DNA of 64,000 nucleotides from Vermamoeba vermiformis. Lineage: Eukaryota. Where the stretch lies: contig JBEWZL010000108.1 of the NCBI GenBank assembly GCA_045837725.1, positions 1-64,000 of the forward strand. The letters run 5' to 3'. Both the position numbers and the translations under genes were made by a program. Each line of letters begins with the position of its first letter. Within the stretch, counting starts at the first letter, position 1. Positions 1 to 9,500 of this stretch are shown here, piece by piece. The notes under the pieces are model-generated. The model was not told the origin of the DNA. It searched no databases and saw only the letters and a program-made list of their open reading frames with translations.

Positions 1-1167
1 AACACTAAGAGCAATGGTCCTTTGCAGGGTTATCAAAGGCAGAGAGAACCTCAGCATTCTGCGATCCAGGACATCAAACATTTTCAACATGGGGGCATGT
101 CAATCCCACAAACTTCAACAAAAACCACCTGCGACCAATGTAGAAAGATATATCCACCAACTATCACTCATACAGACACTAAATTTGTTTGTACAAAAAT
201 GAATATTCAAAAGATTTATTTGTATATTCAAAAAATACAGCTTCGACTTGTCTGGATCTGCTTAACCAGCTCTTGCTGCCTTCTGTTGACCTGACAACTA
301 GTATTAGAGCACTGTAGTTAATTATTTGAGTGTGTTTTCAAACTTACCAGTGGTCACTGAAGCTCCACACTGATTGATCCTGGATCGTGCATGAGCCTCT
401 GGATTGGCAAAATCTCGCTTACTATTTATCCTACAAGTATGACATTAATTTTACCATAATACTCATATTATTGTCACTATGAATTGATACTTACTGGCTC
501 GAACTGCTAACAAAAAGTTATAAAGTTTTTGGTAACGGCTAGATTTGATTTTATTAAATATTTTTTTTATTATATAGTAGCAGATAATGCCACCAGTTTA
601 ACCACATAATGTAGTTAATATTTATATTAATATTCTTGGATTACTTACTTTACTGGAAGCCACCAGACTGAAATTGGCAAATCCTGATCTCAATCCAACA
701 TCGGCTGACCATCGGATCCTCACCAATGGGCCCTCTCCTTGACCTCTGACATATTTGAATAGTAGCACACTATTGATGTGCCCCTTGAGAAGTGTATTAG
801 GAGGTTGGCAGTGCGTGCATTGGTCAGATTTTAACGAGCATCGATCACGTGCTTGACCAAAAAAAGATTTTTTTGTTCATTTTCTGTTACATTCAACTTG
901 CCAACAACACCACTATAGAATATATAAGAACACCTGTATCTGCATGGCTTCCTTTCATTGCAGCAGTAAGTAATCAAATGCGGACCCACAAAAATAAATA
1001 GTTATTATTTTTTTTTAAATATTCAAATTCGATTCTTTATTTTGTCACTCTGATGCTAATCTACCTTACTATAGCATACAAGTAATATCTGATGGCTGTA
1101 TTGGATGGTTTGGACTTATTCTGCACTGTTAGGGTTATGTAAGTCTTCAGGGTTATAGGTGTGAATC

Positions 1168-2310
1168 TTTGACCATAGTCCTTGGACTACGCTCAGTCAG
1201 GAATTCTGCATTTGACCGTAGTCCTTGGACTACGCTCAGTTGAGAATTCTGAATTTGAGCGTAGTCCTTGGACTACGGTTGTTTCATCATCTTTTCAAAC
1301 TTTTGAATAGACAAATTAAATTAATATATATGCAAAATAACTTAGGTTCCCTTTCTCAGGTCACCTCTTTTAACTTTGGGCAGTTTCCCCCTGTTCAAGT
1401 ATGTCATGAATTCTGTATTTGAGCGTAGTCCTTGGACTACGCTTAGTCGAGAATTCTGCATTTGACCGTAGTCCTCGGACTACGCTCAAAGTATACAGTA
1501 TAACCCTGACCAGTTGTCAGGAATTCTGCATTTGAGCGTAGTCCTCGGACTACGGTTAGTTGAGAATTCTTGATTTGACCGTAGTCCTTGGACTACACTC
1601 AGTTGAGAATTCTGCATTTGACTGTAGTCCTTGGACTACGCTCATGTTATCTTTACAAACTTTTGAATATACACTTTTAATTAATGTATATTCAAAATTA
1701 CTTATGTACCCTTCTACAGGTCATAGAGACAATTTAAGCTGCTTTGCCCGTTTTCAGGTATGTCAAGAATTCTGTATTTGAGCGTAGTCCTTGGACTACG
1801 GTTAGTCGAGAATTCTGAATTTGACCGTAGTCCTTGGACTACGCTCAGTCAGGAATTCTGCATTTGACTGTAGTCCTTGGACTACGGTTAGTTGAGAATT
1901 CTGTATTTGACCGTAGTCCTTGGACTACACTCGAGGAATTGTTAAAGTCAATGTAGTGCCCTATGACAATGCATAGACACTATTTTTTTTTGCATATTCA
2001 AAATATTGACATTCTTCAGAGATATTCAGTTGGAGTTAGATTCAGTCGCTGCAACCGCCCACCACTCGCCATAGATGACTGGCCCACAGGTATAAATGAA
2101 TATACATTTTACTATTTTGCATATTCAAATATTCTGACCCTTCATGATTAGGCTGGTACACATCAGGTCTTCAAGAATTCCTTGTTTGAGCGTAGTCCTC
2201 GGACTACGGTTAGTCAAGAATTCTGCATTTGACCGTAGTCCTTGGACTACGCTCAGTTAGGAATTCTGCATTTGACCGTAGTCCAAGGACTACGGTTGAT
2301 CGAGAATTCT
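1168..2310. repeat. Clustered 43-bp palindromic minisatellite; 15 copies of CGTAGTCC(TY)GGACTACG in 5 clusters
   Basis: Palindrome cores start at 1174/1217/1260, 1424/1467, 1537/1580/1623, 1783/1826/1869/1912 and 2191/2234/2277, a 43-bp period within clusters. GAATTC lies in the linkers. Inter-cluster spacers ~1281-1408 and ~1645-1767 resemble each other. Confidence 0.95.
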
Positions 2311-2532
2311 GCACTCTACTGGTTGGACCTGCATACAAATGAATAGACATTTTGTAAGTATGCATATTCAAAATAGTTACCCGATGAAACTAAGTTCCTT
2401 AACTTTAGGCTCAGTCCTCTTCGTAAACCTGCCAAGGCAAATGGATGGGAAAACAATGTTTGTGATTCAAAATTGGGAAAACAAAGATAGTACTGATTTA
2501 CGGCATAATTGTATATTCAAAAATAAATAATG

Positions 2533-2609
2533 TTTATTCAAAAATATGACATTTTCCAGGCTTTAGGCCTATAAGCCTTAAATTAGCTAAGCCTAACTAT
2601 ATATATAAT
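2533..2609 (+). repeat. 77-bp putative element terminus, copy 1
   Basis: Identical to 6376-6452. Contains the hairpin AGGCTTTAGGCCTATAAGCCT and ends in CTATATATATAAT. Confidence 0.9.
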
Positions 2610-2616
2610 TCTATTA

Positions 2617-2885
2617 TGGAACGACGCTGAATGTCGTTTGGCACGCGTGTATAGATAACAAATAATTATCTAAATAACCAAATCGACCCTTGTGGCCGAT
2701 CTGTTGCGAATCTTGGATTCGCTGCTCAATCCTCGAAATAACTCGCGCTGAACAGCCATCGTGGCCGTGGCGCGTAACTATCTGCTGTTAATATGCAATA
2801 ATATATAAATATAACGACCTGTGTGGTCGTTCTGTTGAACTGCTGCTCATTGTTAATATTTCGACCGTTATGGTCGATCTGGTCA
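2617..2885 (+). repeat. Dispersed hairpin-rich direct repeat, copy 1
   Basis: TGGAACGAYGCTGA...CGACCCTTGTGGYCGATCTGTTGCGAATC...AAATAACTCGCGCTG...GCCGTGGCGCG recurs at ~4118-4330 and partly at ~4305-4465. Confidence 0.85.
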
Positions 2886-3302
2886 AAGTTAGAAAATAAT
2901 AACGGAACCACTCCCGTGGGAGCACTGTTGTCAATTTAAAAACGTACAAGAATCATTTTATTGCTTTGACCTATTCCTATTAATTACACAATTTAAAGTT
3001 GCATGAGAACGAGCGTTCTAAAATATCTATTTTAGCACGGGGTGCAGTGAGGGTCCCTGGATGAATATAAAGTAAATAACTGGGAACTAAATGCTGTAAT
3101 TAATTTTAAATGCACTGATTTGATCGTTTTTACCTTGATTGGCTGCCACGTTAGATCCCATATTAATCAACAACAGCATCTAAAATGTATATCAATCAGT
3201 TCTTAATAAGATTTAACTCGTGTTAATACAATATTCGTGAGGTAAACTCGGACTTTGGCGGATCGAGAAAGGCCGCTGTAAAAATTGCTGACGTGCTCTT
3301 AT

Positions 3303-3874
3303 CTGAAGTAAAAACGATATCAGTAAGTAATAATACACGTGTTTAACGCGTTCTACTTACTTTTTGCGCAATCACTGCGCTCTGTCAACTTCTTATTGGA
3401 TCTTTAGAGATCCGCGAGCAATCAGTGCTCTCGTACGTGTAAGTCCTAAATGAAGTATTAGCATTTCTGTTAGTTTATATTTGTTACTTTAAACACATTG
3501 AACTTACCGTTGGCGCGATCGATGCGCTTAATCAAAAGTTGAATCCGCTGCTGGTTCACGGATTCGTACTCGTTAAGATTTCCTCAAGGGTTGTATTAAC
3601 CCTTCCTGATTAATAATGCGTTAGTATTACACTACTAATACTCGATGGTGTATATCAAATAGCAAACTTACGCTGTCGAGTAAAGTTCTTATCGCGTGAA
3701 GATCGTGATCTAGATCCGTTCTCGTGCTTTGTTTAGTCCTAAATAAACAGTGTCAAATCGTCAAATATATTAACAATACTACAGAACTTACGGGCAGAGG
3801 AAACTGAACTGTCTCGAATCAACGTTTCGCGATCAATCGATCCGGTTGCACTGAGATCTTTCATCAAATAACCT
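3303..3874 (-). ncRNA. Putative spliced non-coding (or decayed) transcript, internal exons
   Basis: Four consecutive canonical GTAAGT...YAG introns (3739-3791, 3606-3671, 3446-3507, 3303-3360). Exons 3361-3445 and 3508-3605 have stops in all three frames. Confidence 0.4.
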
Positions 3875-4117
3875 GGAAAATTCCAATTAATATATTAATT
3901 TAATTATATGATTACAGTTATTTAATATTGACTTGAGCACGAAGCTCGATCCGGATGGATTAATTATAGTATTTTGAAAATTTAAATTTGAATTTAGGTT
4001 ATCATAATATGATGCAAGGATATTTAAAATAATAATAAGGTAATAATAATAATTACCTTAATTTATCTCGGTGCACCGAGATTCGCGCAAGTCTTGAACT
4101 CGCGCATTGTCTCGCGC

Positions 4118-4465
4118 TGGAACGATGCTGATTATCGTTTGGCGCGTGTCTGTTGATTAAATGCATATATCCAAATGGACAAACCGACCCTTGTGGTCGA
4201 TCTGTTGCGAATCCGAGTTCGCAGCTGCCAATCTTCGAAATAACTCGCGCTGAAACGGCTCTTGTGCCGTGGCGCGCTACTGTCTGCAGTAAATAATAAA
4301 CACTTCGACCTTGTGGTCGATCTGTTGCATTGCTGATGCGAAATAACTCGTGCGAAGTTTTCGCATCAGCTCTTCATCCAAATAACTCGCGCTGGAACGG
4401 CTCTGGTGCCGCGGCGCGGTACTTTAAGCTGTAAAAATAAATAAATCGACCCTAGTGGATCTGTC
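4118..4465 (+). repeat. Dispersed hairpin-rich direct repeat, copies 2 and 3
   Basis: Diverged copies of 2617-2885, with CGACCYTTGTGGTCGATCTG and AAATAACTCGYGC motifs repeated. Confidence 0.85.
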
Positions 4466-5699
4466 CAAGTATTTAAACAATTGCTTAATCTGCGTAACGG
4501 TCACTTCCTGATTTAGAAACCGACAAGTGTCGACTGCACGTGCTACCAAAAAATTGTTCTGTGCTGGGATAAATCCTGGCACGGCTGACAAATTTAGCTC
4601 CGCACACTGCTTGCATAACTACCCACTAACGAGCACCACACCACAATGGTCATGGAATTAATTTTATTATTTTCTTGGCCCGTGCACGACAGCAGCTGTG
4701 TTGCGTTTTGAATTAAGATTAACAACGCCAAGGTTCTGGGAGCTGATCGGCTGTCTGCTCCACTAACTTATGCTCGTACAGTGCGTAGTGCACTGCGGTG
4801 AGTTTTCCCTCATTAATAACTTGGAGCAGAATTTATCTTAATAATATTTAATTTAGATTTTCATCGGATCGCAGTTCACGCGTTATTGTTCTCCGTGCTC
4901 ACTGCTGCGTAGGACTTAATTCAAAGTGTTTCTGCGACATAATGCGAAGACACATGCTTATAGGGTGCTAGCCAACAAGTACGTGGAATTTGGTAAGTAA
5001 AAGAATTTTAAATCTGGAACTTCAGATGCGCGGCATCTAATTTTTATCGTTTGTGTAGCTTGCCTCTGGAAAAGTGCCGCACGTTCTGCGAGCTTCAACA
5101 GGACTGCTGGCTAGCAAGCAACCTGTGTGAGGTAAGTCAGGTAGATTTTAACCTCGATCACAAATCTGACCGTTGCACAGGCCAAGTCCAATACACAACC
5201 TCATCACTTTGATGCCAGTGCACGCACCGCTGCAAAGTGATGAAGAGGAACTGGCGCGCATAGCAGGTGCGTCGAATGATGTGTGCATGCTAGTATCACT
5301 AACCGCTACCTGTCAGCGTTGCCCAGCGCATCCATCGGCCGAGCAGTGCCATGCAGAGCGGCGACACCACACTGCATGCTCATGACACGCCGCACGCACT
5401 ATTGTGCACACTGCAGCAAGCTGCTCGTCAAGCCTGATCACATGCCACGTCAGTGCGACAACTCCTGCCTGCGCACAGCCCTCGCGCACAGCCCTCGCAC
5501 ACATCACTCCGCTCGCTGTTCCGCGCTGGCAGTCACGCTCTCTCTGCTCTGTGACTGGCTTGGGCACTCTCTTGTCTTGTGCAGTTGGTCGCACTTTGTG
5601 CCTGTCACTCCCTTGCCTGCGTCCAGCTGGTCACACAACCAGTTGCACACAGTAAATAAATAAGATGCAGATAGTTCTGTCCTGAGTTTGAAGGCTACA

Positions 5700-6152
5700 C
5701 GTTCTAGCTTGTGAGGGCGTAGTTTCGAGGACTATGCCCCCGTTCTGGCTCACAAGGGCGTAGTTTCAAGAACTACGCCCCCGTTCTGGTTCGCAAGGGT
5801 GTAGTTTTGAGGACTACGCCCCCGTTCTGGCTTGCAAGGGCGTAGTTTTGAGGACTACGCCCCCGTTCTGGTTTGCAAGGGCGTAGTTTCAAGGACTACG
5901 CCCCCGTTCTGGCTTGCAAGGGCGTAGTTTCAAGGACTACGCCCCTGTTCTGGCTCGTGAGGGTGTAGTTTCAAGGACTACGCCCCCATTCTGGTTCGCA
6001 AGGGTGTAGTTTCAAGGACTACGCCCCCGTTCTGGTTTGCAAGGGTGTAGTTTCAAGGACTACGCCCCCGTTCTGGCTCACAAGGGCGTAGTTTTGAGGA
6101 CTACGCCCCTGTTCTGGTTTGCAAGGGTAGTTTTGAGGACTGCACCCCGTTC
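5700..6152. repeat. 41-bp tandem minisatellite, 11 units, each with the hairpin GGGCGTAGT-n7-ACTACGCCC
   Basis: Units start at 5700, 5741, 5782 ... 6110. Inferred ancestral unit CGTTCTGGYTCGCGAGGGCGTAGTTTCGAGGACTACGCCCC. Confidence 0.97.
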
Positions 6153-6221
6153 TGCAGTGGTAGGGTGTTATTCACCCTTCAGAACGCGAAACCCTAAACT
6201 GTAGTAACCTAATAAATACTA

Positions 6222-6376
6222 TAATAGGTTTTCGTAGCTACTTTTAGACCATCCGAACTTCGGATGCCTATGCATTCAAAAGTGAGCTAATAGGTTTTCG
6301 TAGCTACTTTTAGACCATCCGAATTTCGGATGCCTATGTAATCAAAAGTGAGCTATTAGGTTTTTGTAGCTACTTT
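6222..6376. repeat. 66-bp tandem repeat (2.3 copies) with hairpin CATCCGAAYTTCGGATG
   Basis: Units start at 6222, 6288 and 6354. Confidence 0.92.
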
Positions 6377-6452
6377 TTATTCAAAAATATGACATTTTCC
6401 AGGCTTTAGGCCTATAAGCCTTAAATTAGCTAAGCCTAACTATATATATAAT
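6376..6452 (+). repeat. 77-bp putative element terminus, copy 2
   Basis: Identical to 2533-2609. Confidence 0.9.
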
Positions 6453-6546
6453 AGTCATTTTTTCTCATAAAAGATTGAAGACAATGAGAGTGTAGGCAAA
6501 GATGGTGGTTTTTACTTATAACATTAAGATATTTACAGTACTAATT

Positions 6547-9500
6547 CTACAATTTACTTGATGATTGACCAGTTGCTCCAGAGGAGTTGGTACTACTGCC
6601 ACCTGTCTTGGACTGCATTTGGGTGCCAGAGGTACCAGCAGACTTTCTGCGTACATCAGTGAGCACTAAGAGTGTGACTCCCACACCAATCTCTACAACC
6701 AAAAGCACAACTACAAGCATGATTAGCAATGAAAATATCACCACTTTAATGAAGTTACCTAGTGACAGAATGTTGTTTTGGAAGTTTAGCACAAGCAGCA
6801 ACAAGAAGTACAGACACTGAACAAGCAGACCAGAAGCACTGATGGCCGTGGTTTGCATGGTCTGGATAATACATTTCAGTTTAGTTTTAGATAATTAGGG
6901 CACATACCTTGTTCTTGGCCTCATTTTTGCTCTTGACGTGACTGTTCTTGGCCATCAATCGTGTTGCTTTGATGCCGTAAATGGCGAAACAAAGCATCAG
7001 CGCAAATGAAATACTTGTGACGAATAGTCGATAAGCCAAGGCAATACCAGAACTGAATAGGACTCAGTACAAAGTTTTTGCACACACACAACTACGTACC
7101 TAGTAGTCAGATCATTCGTAACCAACAATCCATTGCACTCAACAATGGGAGCAGGACGCAGCGTCTCATACAAGATAATCAACAAGATGAAAATCAAGTA
7201 GATCGAACCGTTCACAATCGTGGTCACACGCTGCAACAGTTTCTTCGTGTCATTGCCCAAGTCAAGCGCAGAGCGTAGCGAAACAGCCCTGTAACATGAG
7301 TTAGCTTCAGCAATCCAACACACAACAAGTCTTACCACACGATGACGTAAACACTTAAGGTAGAAAAGTAGAGGAATGAAGGGAGTTCAATTAATACATA
7401 GTCGCCTCGTGACTCGGTAACGAAGACGTTACCCACCAGTAGCAAGAAGTAGAGCAAACGCACTAGTACGAAATGAGCACGTCACAATTTACAGAAGCAG
7501 ACGTACCTAAAAAGAGCCCAGCCAAAAAGCAATAGATCAATATTTTGATCTGCGCCAAAAAGTGGAAACGAATCATTTCAATGATGCGATAACCACTGAA
7601 CCCAAGCGTGAACACGTAGCAAATGATTAATGTAATGATGAGACCAAGCTCGGCTTGAGTAAATTCCTTTTGTAGTGGTTAGTAATGCACTGACCACACA
7701 TCGAGTCCTCATACCATTTGAGGCAATTGTTCTTGCCACTTGTCCACGCGTTGAATGAAGAAGTAAACGTTCGTGTTGAGCTCCACATCGCCGTCAGTGA
7801 TATTATATACATAAGCGCAGTAGTGCGTGCCATTCCAAGTGACAGGTAGCGACATCGGGGTGACCGTTTTGGCTTTCCAGTCACTATGAATCTAATTTTA
7901 AGCAGTGCTCTGGCAGGGCAGAATCTAAAGGTACTTACGCAAGACCAACATCAGCCACTCCATACTTTGTTGTGTCAACGCCGGCGACCTCAGCTTCCAT
8001 ACAAATACGAGCGCGTAGGATCTTTGCGTCAGTGTTGAAATCAAACGCTAATCCTTCAGAGACGATCTTGCCAATGGTCGCGTTGTTACTGTTCTGAACG
8101 ATACGGTATGTATCACGAGAAAAGTGCAAGAAAAAGTTGGAGAGTTCATTCTGATGGAATACAAAATCAGTTCGAATTCGTGAGGACAATTGTGCACTTA
8201 CATTAGTTATGACCTCGAACTCGCTCGCAGCAACAATTGAGTTTTGCACCAAGGCGCAAATAGACGAATCCACAATTATGTCATTAGGCTCGATGGTCAC
8301 ATCAGCTTGTGTAAGCTACAAACAATGATGTTAACAATTGCACAATAAGATTTCTGTCGCGTCGCGTACGAAAATGTAGTTTTGAACACCGCGGCAAACA
8401 ACTTGTTGAGTAAGAGGAGTAGCGGGATTGTATTGTTGGAAACAAGCGTTAGATCTTTCTCCGTCCGATGCACACGAACAAGCAATGGCGTTGATGAGCT
8501 CAGAAGCTTGGCCAGTTCTGCAAATTAATCAAGTTAGCTCCGACCGCGGACTACTATTACAATGCACGGACCTGCACTTGGCCGCTGCACTTTGTTCAAT
8601 GCTGTAAAGATCAGAAATGACCTTGAGACCATTTGACGTCAACCGGTTGATGTCATACGAGAGCTCAGCATTACCATATCGTAACTCAAGGCTGCGATTC
8701 AACCATTTTAAAGTAACTGGGTCACCAGCATACCATTCGGCCTAAGTAATGTGTCACCATAGTAACAAAAAGGTATTGACTTACAGTCTTCCAGCGGTAA
8801 AATAGTCCGAACACATAATAATTGGGATCTCCACCGATCGCATTGCACTCAGAGATTGTCAAATTGGTGAAATAGAATGTAGCATCAGTGTAGCAGCGAA
8901 TTCGATTCAGATCCGTGCACTCTATTTCGGACGTAGTTCCTGTGGTAAAATCATCGTCAGAAGGGAACAACAGCAAGTCAAGTATAATCTACGCACGCTT
9001 CACCCAGCGTCCCCCAGGCACCTCGGTCAGACACTGCGTCTCGTCAGCCAGCGGCTCATAGCAACCCAAGCCATTGACAAATACTCGTGCAGTGTTGTTG
9101 TCGTACTGCGATTGCCCGCACACAGTATCTTCGGAAGAGGTGTCGATGCACTTGCCGACTGTAAAATCAAAGAACTCGTCGTTGCATGCACTGGCCGACA
9201 AGCAATCTTTCTCTGTCGCACAATCACCGCCGTTGCAAGGCAGGGTGCAGAACATTCTATTTTGGCATTCGGTCTATTGTTAGAATACTCGTTAGTACTG
9301 CCGGACGAGTCATTTTAAAGCGGCACTCACCACTGGATCCACAATGGCAATGCGAGTTCCGTTAGGCAGTTTGCACCAAGACCCAAAGCAAACATCTGCA
9401 CTGCCAAATTCCTCAGGCTATTCTCATTCATTAGCGATGATTGGAGTACATTGTCAACTTACACTTTGAGGGTCACAGAACCGAGAATTAGTTCTGCACT

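Larger units (their letters stand above)
2610..6452. mobile_element. Putative non-autonomous repeat element, tandem to a related element ending at 2609
   Basis: Ends in the same 77-bp terminus as 1-2609 and carries a related palindrome array plus internal dispersed repeats. No transposase or other recognisable protein is encoded. Confidence 0.5.

Noticed and set aside
1168-2310. CRISPR array
   Set aside because: Sequences between the palindromes are themselves repeated rather than unique spacers, there are no cas genes, and the context is eukaryotic.
1225-2530. Short ORFs in the repeat block
   Set aside because: Translations of repeats with non-ATG starts or no protein-like features.
3361-3872. 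Alternative genetic code rescuing the stop-containing exons
   Set aside because: Neighbouring genes terminate normally at TAA and TAG, and no single stop reassignment opens the spliced chain.
2617-4330. LTR retrotransposon bounded by the 2617 and 4118 repeats
   Set aside because: Repeats are diverged and multi-copy; no PBS, PPT, gag or pol is visible.
5173-5663. Overlapping Cys/His-rich ORFs as metal-binding proteins
   Set aside because: Open in several frames because of CA/TG-rich composition; no consistent motif.
5700-6152. CRISPR array or telomeric repeat
   Set aside because: Pure 41-bp tandem repeat with no spacers, and not a short G-rich telomere unit.
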